A stretch of DNA of 64,000 nucleotides from the human T2T-CHM13v2.0 reference genome, Homo sapiens: NCBI RefSeq assembly GCF_009914755.1, contig NC_060926.1; one strand, 5' to 3'. A program made the translations under genes and the position numbers. The notes beneath the pieces were generated by a model. That model saw only the letters and a program-made list of their open reading frames with translations, made no database searches and was not told where the DNA came from. Each line of letters opens with the position of its first letter. Within the stretch, counting starts at the first letter, position 1. Below are positions 43,109-54,574 of the stretch, piece by piece.

Positions 43109-44690
43109 TATGATGTTAGCTGGTTATTTTGCTCGTTAGTTGATGAATTTTCTTCCTAGCATCGATGGTCTTTACAATTTGGCATGTTTTTGCAGTGGCT
43201 GGTACCAGTTGTTCCTTTCCATGTTTAGTGCTTCCTTCAGGAGCTCTTGTAAGGCAGGCCTGATGGTGACAGAATTTCTCAGCATTTGCTTGTCTGTAAA
43301 GCATTTTATTTCTCCTTCATTTATGAAGCTTAGTTTGGCTGGATATGAAATTCCGGGTTGAAAATTCCTTTAAGAATGTTGAGTATTGGCCCCTACTCTC
43401 TTCTGGCCTGTAGAGTTTCTGCCAAGAGATCTGCTGTTAGTCTGACGGGCTTCCCTTTGTGGGTAACCTGACCTTTCTCTCTGGCTGCCCTTAACATTTT
43501 TTCCTTCAACTTTGGTGAATCTGACAATTATGTGTCTTGGAGTTACTCTTCTCGAGAAGTATCTTTGTAGCATTCTCTGTATTTCCTGAATTTGAATGTT
43601 GGCCTGCCTTGCTAGGTTGGGGAAGTTCTCCTGGATAATATCCTGCAGAGTGTTTTCCAACCTGGTTCCATTCTCCCTGTCACTTTCAGGTACACCAGTC
43701 AGATGTAGATTTGGTCTTTTCACATAGTCCCATATTTCTTAGAGGCTTTGTTCGTTTCTTTTTACTCTTTTTTCTCTAAACTTCTCTTCTTACTTCATTT
43801 CATTCATTTGATCTTCAATCACTGATACCCTTTCTTCCACTTGATCAAATCGGCTACTGAAGCTTCTGCATGCGTCATGTAGTTCTTGTGCCATGGTTTT
43901 CAGCTCCTTCAGGTCATTTAAGGTCTTCTGTATGCTGTTTATTCCAGTTAGCCATTTGTCTAATCTTTTTTCAAGGTTTTTAGCTTCTTTGTGATGGGTT
44001 CAAACATCCTCCTTTAGCTCGCAGTGTGTTATTACTGATCGTCTGAAGCCTTCTTCTCTCAACTCATCAAATTCATTCTCCGTCCAGCTTTGTTCCATTG
44101 CTCGCGAGGAGCTGCATTCCTTTGGAGAAGAGGTGCTCTGATTTTTAGAATTTTCAGCTTTTCTGCTCTGGTTTCTCCCCATCTTTGTGGTTTTATCTAC
44201 CTTTGGTCTTTGATGATGGTGATGTACAGATAGGGTTTTGGTGTGGATGTCCTTTCTGTTTGTTAGTTTTCTTTTTAACAGTCAGGACCCTCAGCTGCAG
44301 GTCTGTTGGAGTTTGCTGGAGGTCCACTCCAGCCTGATCCTTGCTCTAGAAGCTTCATCTCAGAGGGGCACCCGGTGGTATGAGGTGTCAGTCAGCCCCT
44401 ACTGGGAGGTGCCTCCCAGTTATGCTACTTGGGGGTCAGGGACCCACTTGAGGACGTAGTCTGTCTGTTCTCAGATCTCAAACTCCGTGCTGGGAAAACC
44501 ACTACTCTCTTCAAAGCTGTCAGACAGGGACGTTTAAGTCTGCAGAAGTTTCTGCTGCCTTTTGTCCAGCTATGCCCTGCCCCCAGAGGTGGAGTCCACA
44601 GAGGCAGGCAGGCAGGCCTCCTTGAGCTGTGGTGGGCTCCACCCATTTCGAGCTTCCTGGCTGCTTTGTTTACCTACTCAAGCCTCAGCA

Positions 44691-44873
44691 ATGACAGACG
44701 CCCCTCCCCCAGCCTTGCTGCCGCCTTGCAGTTGGATTTCAGACTGCTGTGCTAGCAGTGAGCGAGGCTCCGTGGGTGTGGGACCCTCCAAGCCAGGAAC
44801 AGGCTATAATCTCCTGGTGTGCCATTTGCTAAGACCGTTGGAAAAGCACAGTATTAGGGTGGGAGTGTTCTGA
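44691..44873 (+). other. L1 ORF0 homolog (60 aa, MTDAPPPALLPPCSWISDCCAS...) in the antisense 5'UTR
   Basis: Matches recalled primate L1 ORF0 (MAGAPPPASLPPCSLISDCCAS...); premature TGA at 44871-44873. Confidence 0.8.
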
Positions 44874-45396
44874 TTTTCCAGGTACTGTCTATCATGGCTT
44901 CCCTTGGCTAGGAAAGGGAATTCCCCCACCCCTTGCACTTCCCGGGTGAGGCGATGCCCCTCCCTTCTTTGGCTCATGCCCCGTGGGCTGCACCCACTGT
45001 CCGACAAGCCCCAGTGAGATGAACCTGGTACCTCAGCTGGAAATGCAGAAATCACCTGTCTTCTGCGTTGCTCACGCTGGGAGCTGTAGACTGCAGCTAT
45101 TCCTATTCAGCCATCTTGGAACTCCCCCTCCTACCCTATCTAATTTTCACATCGGTGCTGCAACGTAGGGAAGTGGCTAAATCTTTATCCCATTTACAAA
45201 TGAATACACTTTCCCTTGATCACACAGCCGGAGAGAGTAGCGAAGCTGGAATTCAAATGCAGCCCTTTGTCTTTCCATATTGCAATCCTGCTTTCAACTA
45301 CCAAAGATGTTTTGCTGCTTTTTTCACAAAATGGAAGATGACAAAATACATTCCCCAGCCCTCCATTCTACCCACGTGGAAGTATGAATGATGGGT

Positions 45397-46255
45397 TGTA
45401 TTAGTGTCCTAGGTTTGCTGTAACCAAGAACCACAGACTGGTTGGCGTAAATGACACAAATTTATTTTCTCGCAATCCTGGAGAGTCAGCATCAGAGATC
45501 AAGGTGCCAGCAGGGTTGGTTCCTTCTGAGTGCTAGGAGAGAAGGATCTATTCCAGGTCTACGATGGTTAATTTTACATGTTGACGTCAGTGAGCCATTG
45601 GATGGCCAGATCTCTGATTAAATGTTATTTCTGGGTGTTTCTGGAAGAGATTAACATTTGAATTGGTGGACTGAGTAAAGCAGTCTGCCCTCCTCAATGT
45701 GGGTGGGATTCATCCACTCCACTGAGGGCCTAAATGGAACAAGGCAGACTGCCAGTTGAACTGGTGCTCTCAATTCAATTGCCTGACTACATGAGGTGAT
45801 CCGTCAGTCTTCTCCTGACCTTGGACTGGGACTTCCACCATCAGTGCTCCTGGTTCTCAGGCCTTTGCGCTCAGACTGGAATTTATACCACCCACTTTCC
45901 AGGGACACCAGCTTGCAGATGGGAGATCATAAAACTTCTCAGCCTCCATAATTGCATGAGCCAATTCTGTGTAATAAATGTCATTTTATGTTTCTTTGGA
46001 GAACCCTAATACAATGCCGGTCTCCTTGGTTTGTAGATAGCCATTTTCTCCCTTGTCTTCACATCATCATCTTCTTACAAGGACACCAGTCATACTGGAT
46101 TAGGATCCCACCCTAATGATCTCACTTTCACTTAATCACCTCTATAAAGACCCTGTCTCCAAATAAGGTCACATTCTGAGGTACTGGGGGCTGGGAGTTA
46201 AGACTTCAACATATGAATTTTGGGAAGAGAGGGGGACCTGGTTTAGCCCATAACA
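45397..46255 (-). mobile_element. MaLR MLT1 LTR with a nested MLT2 (ERVL) LTR at ~45560-46013, just upstream of TMEM247
   Basis: MLT1 reverse motifs (CAAGGTGCCAGCAGGGTTGGTTCCTTCTGAG; AAGGACACCAGTCATACTGGATTAGG; CAACATATGAATTTTGGG); MLT2 termini GATGGTTAATTTTA ... GGAGAACCCTAATACA. Confidence 0.75.
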
Positions 46256-46603
46256 GGGTTTGTGGAGCTGTGACTCATTTCCAACACAATCTTCATTTAA
46301 AAAAGGAACCCAAGGAAATGGATTTCAAATGGTGGAATTCTGAGTTTCATGAGTTGGAACTCTAGTTTTCAAAGCCATCCTTATGGGCAGGAAAGGCCCA
46401 TCCTGCAGTTCTTAATGTTAGCATGTTACTACCTCAAAGGTGTCACACCCTCCACCAAAGGGGCCCTAGCAACTTGTAGAATGTAGGCTATGATGAGGAC
46501 AGGGGATTGTGATGGTGGCCAGGCTGTGGAATCTGGTGAGGCCAAATGTCAGCACCTCAAATGATGTCTTGTGACCCCACCTGGCAGCGTTCTGGTTTTC
46601 TGG

Positions 46604-46720
46604 ATGGCAGCAGAGGACAGGGAGATGATGGAAGCCCGGGGTGCGGGAGAAAGTTGCCCGACCTTCCCCAAGATGGTGCCTGGTGACTCCAAGTCTGAAG
46701 GGAAGCCAAGGGCTTATCTG
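46604..46720 (+). CDS. TMEM247: TMEM247 coding exon 1 (MAAEDREMMEARGAGESCPTFPKMVPGDSKSEGKPRAYL, 39 codons)
   Basis: ATG at 46604 in ORF 46571..46831; donor CTG|GTAAGG at 46720/46721, phase 0; peptide matches my recollection of the human TMEM247 N-terminus. Confidence 0.92.
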
Positions 46721-47422
46721 GTAAGGGGGCTGCTGTGTCTCACCACCCCCGCCTATTCCGTCAGGGGGAGCAAGAATACTGTAGGAACACATGCTTTGAG
46801 CTTCCAGACAACTGCCAAGAACATCAGGTGACATGTACCCCAGCCCTGTAACTGGCACCAGCTGTCACCAGGGACCAGGTAGCCCTCCATAAGATTGTGA
46901 AGTCATATGAAGCTGGGTTTGGTCTCCTCTATCTACCTCCCCACTTGGGGTCCTTTCCTTGCTGGGTGGATAGGACCTGGCTCCCCACCATAGCCCTCTT
47001 CCTGGTCCCCAAATATTTAGGTTCTCTCAATTCAGACCCTGGGTTTCTTTCTCCCTCTGTAACTTCCTGAAGACCTGGCATCTAACTGACCTCAAAGTCA
47101 GGTAGAGTTGAGGATGGGCCCGGAAGTTGCCTCTTTGGTGATCAGAAAAATCACTAGAAAAATGGACATCAATCTACTCAACTCCCAGTGCCTCCACTTG
47201 CAACTTTAGGGCACTATTACTTTGTGCTAGTTTGCCCTCTCCTTGACCCGCAGGTCCTGACAACTCCCGGTAAGAGCACTTCTAATAAGAATTCAGCCTA
47301 GATCTTTACAATTCAAACACCCCAGTCCACTGCGGCCTGGGGCTGCGGGAGTTCCATGGGGTCAGGGGCAGCCCCATCCTGACTCTTCAAGGTACCTCCC
47401 CTCCCTGCTTCCCCTACGCCAG

Positions 47423-47821
47423 GAGGCAGAGTCCCAGAAGCCAGACTCCTCCTATGACTACTTGGAAGAGATGGAAGCTTGTGAGGACGGAGGCTGCCAA
47501 GGGCCGCTTAAATCGCTGTCCCCCAAGTCCTGCCGTGCTACCAAAGGCCAGGCTGGCGACGGACCCAAACCCGCAGAGCTGCCCCCGACCCCTGGGACTG
47601 AGCGCAATCCCGAGATGGAGCTGGAGAAGGTGCGCATGGAGTTCGAGCTCACGCGGCTCAAGTACCTGCATGAGAAGAACCAGCGGCAGCGGCAGCACGA
47701 GGTGGTGATGGAGCAGCTGCAGCGGGAGCGGCAGCACGAGGTGGTGATGGAGCAGCTGCAGCGGGAGCGGCAGCACGAGGTGGTGATGGAGCAGCTGCAG
47801 CAAGAGGCGGCGCCCCGCCTG
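47423..47821 (+). CDS. TMEM247: TMEM247 coding exon 2 (EAESQKPD...MELEKVRMEFELTRLKYLHE...QEAAPRL, 133 codons, coiled-coil-like)
   Basis: Pyrimidine tract and CCAG acceptor ending 47422; in frame with ORF 47462..47869; donor CTG|GTGGGT at 47821/47822; 399 nt, phase 0 at both ends. Confidence 0.92.
47684..47800 (+). repeat. Coding tandem repeat, 3 x 39 bp (R[Q/E]RQHEVVMEQLQ)
   Basis: Units at 47684-47722, 47723-47761 and 47762-47800; units 2 and 3 identical, unit 1 differs by one base. Confidence 0.97.
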
Positions 47822-48399
47822 GTGGGTGACAAGGAACGGGGCACTGGGAGGAGGGAGGCCTGGAGCTGAAGTCCCATGGGGCCTGGAGCAGGCGCCCACC
47901 TTCCCTGCTTTGCGCGGCACCCCACCCTGCAGATCCTGGATCTCGGCTGAAAGGGGCTGAGCATCCACTCGGGCGGTCTCCAGCCCTCTCCGCCTTGGCT
48001 CACTTCCAGAGATGTCTGCTCACTGCCTTAAAGCTCGCTACCCTACGTGGCCAGCTCTGTTAAACAGAGCTTCCACGGGAAGCTGAGATGTGACTCTCTA
48101 AGGAGAGCTGAGGCCGGGAGGGTCCCCAGAACCACATCGCCCACCCGACAGCCTTTTTGGTAGCTTCAAGGAAAAGTCTTCAACATTTCCTCCCTCTTCC
48201 ACCGCTCACAAGTCCTCTCTGCATCTCTTAAAATTTGATGCCTGGAGACTAGACCCAGAATCCCCACTGCACCCTGGCCAGTGGATTTTGATAGAACCAT
48301 CACCTCCCCGATCAGGGCTATGTTTATTCTGTTGGATCATACTGCCTTCTAGTCAACTGAAACAGCCATCTTTTCACAAGAAGTACACCACTGTTCCCT

Positions 48400-48745
48400 A
48401 ATCTGTATTAAATGGGGGATAAGAATGCCTACTTGAGATTAAATGGGATGTGAAGAGCTCAGCACAGTGGCTAGGCTATCATAAGCATTCAATAGTGGAA
48501 GATGTTGTTTAAAGCAGTGTTTCCTGCACTTTAAAGTCAGAAAGTCCTGGATTAAAATGCCAGTTATAAACTCCCTGACATTGGGCAAATTACTAATTTC
48601 CTTTGAGCTTTGGCTTGCTCATCCATGAAGTAGTACCTACCTCACAGGGTTGTTGTCAGGAATCAATGAGAGAACACACGCAAAGCACTTTGCAATTAGC
48701 CCAGCACATTAGGTAAGCACTCAATAAACGTTAGCTACTACCATT
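48400..48745 (+). mobile_element. MIR fragments in TMEM247 intron 2
   Basis: TAGTACCTACCTCACAGGGTTGTTGTCAGGAATCAATGAG...GCACTCAATAAACGTTAGCTA. Confidence 0.8.
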
Positions 48746-48779
48746 TTTATGTACTCATGCAATTCACTTCTTGACCCAA

Positions 48780-49480
48780 ATGCAACAACATACATTTATC
48801 ACTTTTCAGTTTTATTGGGATATGATGTATTAGCTGTGCTTCCCAGCTCTGAGTCATCCTCATTTCTGAGAACCATGCCTTCTGCCTTTATCCAAATCAT
48901 TGCTGTAATTGTTGAGGAGGAAATGACCTAAAGTAAATACCACTAAATGTCTCTGTATAGGTTGGCAATGTTCCATTAATCATCACCCTTGAGTTACATT
49001 TTATCCTGCTCACATTTCTCCACCTTATCCAAAAAACGGAGACGCACTGTCAAATGGTTTCCCAAAATTAAGATATTACATTACCTATAGCATTTCCCCA
49101 ATTGACTGGTCCAGTTTTGTTTCTGTTTTTTTAAGAAAGTAAGGTTGGTTTTGCATCATTTGTTCTCAATGAGCACGTGCTGGCTTCTTAAACAATTATC
49201 TTTTTTTCTGTTCACAAAATACCTGCTTCATTATAAACATGAAATGATTTCACTGAACTCAGTCAAGCTTACTGAACTTGGATTTCCAGAATCTTCCCCT
49301 GCCCCCACACCCTTTTTGAAAAGTCTAGAAAACATTTGCCTATTGCTTAGACTTTAGCACACTTCCTAATATTTTTGAATTCTAAGTTCCATTTGCAAAC
49401 TTGTGACTTTTCTCAGTAGCCTGGGATAAAATCTGTCACAAAGTGGAACCTGAAACTATTTAAAGCAGATATGATATTGT
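48780..49480 (-). mobile_element. Possible CR1/L3 LINE fragment in intron 2
   Basis: Decayed motifs (CCTTTATCCAAATCATTG, ACTGTCAAATGGTTT, GTTGGTTTTGCATCATTTGTTCT) resemble reverse CR1 RT; judged by eye. Confidence 0.4.
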
Positions 49481-50841
49481 AACTATGCTTTTGGCCTGTG
49501 TCTCCTCCTAACCATATTTATTTTCCCCCCTTTTCAGTTTGAAAATCTTTCTCCTTGCTGGATGAGATGGAAATCTTTGGTATATAGTCCTCTCTCTATT
49601 TCTCTCTTCTGCTCAAGAATTAGAACATTGAAAGTATTTTGAAAAGTCTAAAGGGTTTCACAAGCACTTTCTTTTTTAATGAAAGTCATAATGATCACTC
49701 ATCAGCATTTCAGACTGAAACACGTGCAGACTGCAGACAGGTGGCAAAGTCCAGGGGTCCAGAGCCATACTGAGCCTGCAGAGAACCGTCGGGTCAGCCC
49801 CGTCCTCCACTCCCATTAGAACACTGGATTGCTTCCTCTGGTCTCCAACCTTCCTAGCTATTCATTTTAGAGGCAGCATCATCAGGTCATTTTCTGTCCC
49901 CTCAGTTTGGTCTAGTTGCCCTCACATTTTATGCAGCTGTTTCAACAGTGATGTGTCCCCATCCTCCAGCCTTTGGTGATAGTTTACAAAAGTGCTTACT
50001 TTTTGTGCATTTACTAAAAATTGGGGAGTTGACTTGATGTTGTACCTTCCTCTCTTCTCTTTTTCTGGGAGGGTGAATAGATGGACGGACAGAGAGAGTG
50101 TATTGAATTGAAAATACCTCTTTGAGTGTGTTTCTAGCTAGTTTAGGGCATCTCGGTCCCTGCCACCTGGTGCTTTCCAAAAATATGCCATGATTTTTAC
50201 AAATATTTTAAAAAATAATGCATGGGTTATGCCCTCTTAACTATGGATCAAAATAATATCAGCTTTTGCCTTACTTATACATTGATACTTTCTACAGTTA
50301 AAATGAAGACTGTTGGGCCCCAATTATATAGATTCAAGAAAAGAGCAACCCACAGACAGAATTAGCCAGACAGCTCAAGCTGCTTTCCCCCAGCCCAAAT
50401 ACTCTGAGGGTTTAGGGAGACCCCATCACCTATCTCTCAGCACCTGCCTCCAGGAGAGACCAAACCCTGGACTGAAGGACCATGGACTGACCCACGTGAT
50501 ATGTGTCAGGACCCAGGGAGTGAGAAACAGTCATTTATATGCAAGGGACACCATGTCATTGGGCCACTGTCCAGGAAACTAGGTTGAATGTCAGGGCACT
50601 GTGAGAGAACACTCCCAAGACCCAACATCCACATGTGGGGCTCTTGGAGTCAGAGGGAGAAGGCCCACGTGTGTGGCTCCAATGGGCCGTACAGACCATA
50701 AAGAGAAAGGAAGGTGGTGGCCTGGCGCCCCAGTCAGGAGGGATAAGAGCAGCTCAAAAAGTAAAAAATGATGAGTTCCTTCTATGTGCTAGTTACCTGA
50801 CTAGGAATGTTCATTATCTCACTTTTCCTCCTTGTGATCTT

Positions 50842-51151
<310 letters not shown>

Positions 51152-51300
51152 TGATTTTGGAAATGGGCACTATTACCCTTTCTTTAGGTGAAGATGATGA
51201 CTTGAGGTCACATACAGGCAGGGTCAGAGCAGGACTGAACCTAGATCTGCCTGGCGCCAACAATGGCATCATCATCTCCACTGTCTTCTCTCCCCCACAG

Positions 51301-51480
51301 TTTTCAGGAGGCCTCCAGAACTTCCTGCTGCCCCAGAACCAGTTTGCCATGTTCCTGTACTGCTTCATCTTCATTCACATCATCTATGTCACCAAGGAGA
51401 TGGTCTTCTTTCTCTTCGCCAAGCACTACCTATTCTGCATTGCAGCCATTTTGCTCTGTTTGATTAAAACTTTCTGGTCA
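51301..51480 (+). CDS. TMEM247: TMEM247 coding exon 3 ([60 protein letters not shown]; two hydrophobic TM segments); genomic frame stays open to TAG at 51619-51621
   Basis: Acceptor ttctctcccccacAG ending 51300; in frame with ORF 51151..51621; recalled protein ends ...KTFWS, but the next genomic codon is TAC, not a stop. Confidence 0.88.
51463..51468 (+). promoter_or_regulatory. Putative polyadenylation signal ATTAAA inside the last codons of TMEM247
   Basis: ATTAAA within the I-K codons, 12-14 nt upstream of ...TCA TA; pyrimidine-rich sequence follows. Confidence 0.6.
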
Positions 51481-51869
51481 TACTTCCAAGTGCCTTTGCT
51501 CTCTCCCTCACTGGGAACCCTCGCCCCTGCCATGCTAGAGTGTTATCCGTGCATGATCCCAGCCTCCCAGGCACCTCCTTTTTTCACTTTGTGCCTCTGT
51601 CCAATCAGAATCCACTCTTAGGAAGGGCCCTGCTGTCAGTCATTTACACCTGAGAGTGAAGAAACACGTTCATGCCCCTTATACAGAAACTGAGTTCTCA
51701 CTGTGGACATGATGCCTTATCCCAAGAGGACGATTTCAGATGTTAGCAGGTCAGGGAGATATCTGCAGGGAAGGTGGGTTTAGAACACCTTTCCAGAACC
51801 ATAGAAGTACATCATGACCAAGCTGGCTTGGGTTTCACCACATCTACTCATGTTCATAGACCTCTGAGG

Positions 51870-52250
51870 GGTGGGAAGCCTGTGATTTGCTTGGGAGCAG
51901 CCCCCGCCCCCATCTTCTGCAAAGATGTCCATGTCCTAATCCCCAGGATCATGAATACTTTATATGGCAAAAGAGGCTGAGATGTGATTGTGTTTAAGGA
52001 CCTTGCAGTGGGGAAATGATCCCAGATTATCCAGGTAGGCCCGCGGTAGTCACAAGGGCCCTTGTAAAAGGGAGGCAGGAGGGTGCGAGTCAGAAAGGAG
52101 ATGTGACCATGGAAGCAGGGGCCAGAATGACGTGGGACTGCGGGTCAGGGAACATGGGAAGCCTCTAGAAACCAGAAAAGGCAACAGAAGGATTCTCTGC
52201 TAGAGCCTCCGGAGGGAGCCCAGCCCTGCCACCCCATGTTAGGCTCCTGA
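51870..52250 (+). mobile_element. MaLR MLT1 LTR fragment
   Basis: AAAGATGTCCATGTCCTAATCCCC...GATTATCCAGGTAGGCCC...CTAGAGCCTCCGGAGGGAG. Confidence 0.75.
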
Positions 52251-54574
52251 AGCCAAGATGCCCAAGCTCCCTCCAGCTTGCCAACATGGCAGGATACCAT
52301 CACCAGGCCACTGGCCAGGACTCATTTAGCACTGGGCCTGAGGAGACTTGTACACAGCTGGCCTTCAGACAGCATATGGTCAAAAAGGAGAGGCAGTGAA
52401 GCTCCAGCGAGCCTGGCACAGGCCTAGCTGAACCTGGTGGACAAGGGGTACCCCTATCACTAAGCTGTGTATCCCCTGGGTGAGGCATGTGGCAAAATAA
52501 GGGCATACTCCTAGGGGACATAAGGAAGGAGGAATTAAGTGCCTGATTAGACCCAGAGGACGTCATTAATTCTACTCTATTAGAAAGCTGGACATGGAAA
52601 AAAAAAAAGTTGACACACACCCCCACCCCGTACCCACCTACTAACCCAAGCACACAGACTCACAAAAATGCAGAAAGGCTAACCCAGAAACAAATACACT
52701 GACACAGAGATACAAAACAAGTATACAGTTGTCCACAGTAGAGAGGTTTACAGCCCCTCAAATAAACACACAACAACCCAAAGGAACAGACTTTGAACAC
52801 CAGAAGGCTCACGGTCAGGCACAAAGTGAAGCTGCCCTGCAAGTATGCAACAAAGGGGTTCAACTCCCCCAGTCACCAGCCCCTCAGCCCTTCAATACAC
52901 ACACTCCTTGCAGACTGTCGGCTACTCTGAGCCCAGCAGCCCAGCCACGATGGCTGGCTGTGCCACAGGACACTTTAGTGATAATGTGGCAAACTGAATG
53001 AGGCTGGACACAGCTGTGCAATTAATCAAGTCTTTACTGACCCCTTCTCTCCTCTGGCATAGGGCTCTGCCTTAAGAGTGACAAGAGAATAAGTTTCTGT
53101 CTCATTGGGCTCTCGAGCGACTCTCAGTAAAATCACGTGAAAAAAATGACTGCCTTGGGACTTCAATGTCAGTACACATTATCATGCCATGTAAGTCCAT
53201 GGTGACTTCTCATTTCCCACCCAACTCCATATATCCAATCCCATTGATAGCTGCATGTGACAGGTACTTAATTTGGAAGTGATAAAAGTATCATTTCTCA
53301 TTAAACTTTCAAGGAAGGGCCGTTGTGGTATGGGTCACTTCTTCTGATCATTTTATTTGATCTGGGTTTCTGCCCCATGGGGTTGAGGTGAGAGAGATGG
53401 AGATAAGGATAGCAAAAAGTTTAAGGTCCACCTGTTTACCTTCTTAGAGCAGACAGAACTGGGCATTTATAAAACACACACACACACACACACAAACCAA
53501 AACACCCAAGTGCGTAAGGTCATTTAATCCATCCATCTGTTGCCAGGTAAAACTAGACTTAAATACATTCATTTTTCTTAATCTTCAGAGAAAGTAAACT
53601 CCCCTGAACGGTTAAGTGAGCATCTCATCCCACATGTTTAGCCACAGGCATGAAATCTACTCTTCCCTATTGTGTTTGAATACTGAAGCCACTAGCCTCA
53701 GATCTGCCCTCTAGGAAAATGAGAACTACTCATGGTCACTCCCTAAACTTAGAACAGATCTTCTGATTCAAATGCAAAGCAGAAAATCAGAAGAGAGAGG
53801 GAGGCAAAGGATAGGAAAAAGGCCCAGCTAAGCAGTTACCAGCCAGGTAACAAGCCAATGTACAAGCGCCTCTTCAGCACCAATGCTAACATACCATGCG
53901 CCCTAAGTCCCTAAGGAGGCTATCTTCACCAAAACCCTGCAGGTAGAAATGTATATCATCTCCACTTCACAGCCAGGGATACCGAGGTTCAGAGACGTTA
54001 GACTTAACTGAGATCATCCCAGAGCACATGTTCTTTCCATGTTACCCTGCTCCCAAGATCCTACCTTGGGAGGATCTCACAACCTTGCTGGGGAGATGAG
54101 TTTAACACACATGAAAATGTAAAGCAGCTATCAGTACACAGACCTCAGCTATAAACGAGATCATAGAAGAGCTCCCTGGAGCCCTGGGTGATAGAGGAAG
54201 TCTTCTTAAAAGACGAGCTCATAAGGCTAGGTAAGCCCGAACAGGTGGAAATCAGGAGGGATACCTCACACAAATGAAGATTAGGGTGGGAGTGTGTAAC
54301 GTGTATCCAGGAGGGAAGGGTCACTCTTGCTCCAGGGAATGGTGTACAAGGTAACAGGCCTGGAAAATTGGTTTGGGGCTAAGTGTTAGGGAGCCTTGAA
54401 TATTGGTCTGAGGAATATAAACTTAATCCCTTGGGAAATAGGCAATACACTAAAGATTATAGAGTGGAATAGTAATTCAAAACAGATAAATAAAAGCCTT
54501 CCTCCTCCTTTAATTCCTGGGGGCCGCTTTTTTGCCTGGACCTTCCCGTTTCCAGACCAAAAACTTTCTGAGGT

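Noticed and set aside
47684-47800. CRISPR-like array
   Set aside because: Head-to-tail coding repeat with no spacers, in a eukaryotic genome.
47414-48003. Antisense ORFs of 184 and 181 aa with LQLLHHHLVLPLP / CSCSITTSCCR repeats
   Set aside because: Reverse-strand shadows of GC-rich exon 2 and its 39-bp repeat.
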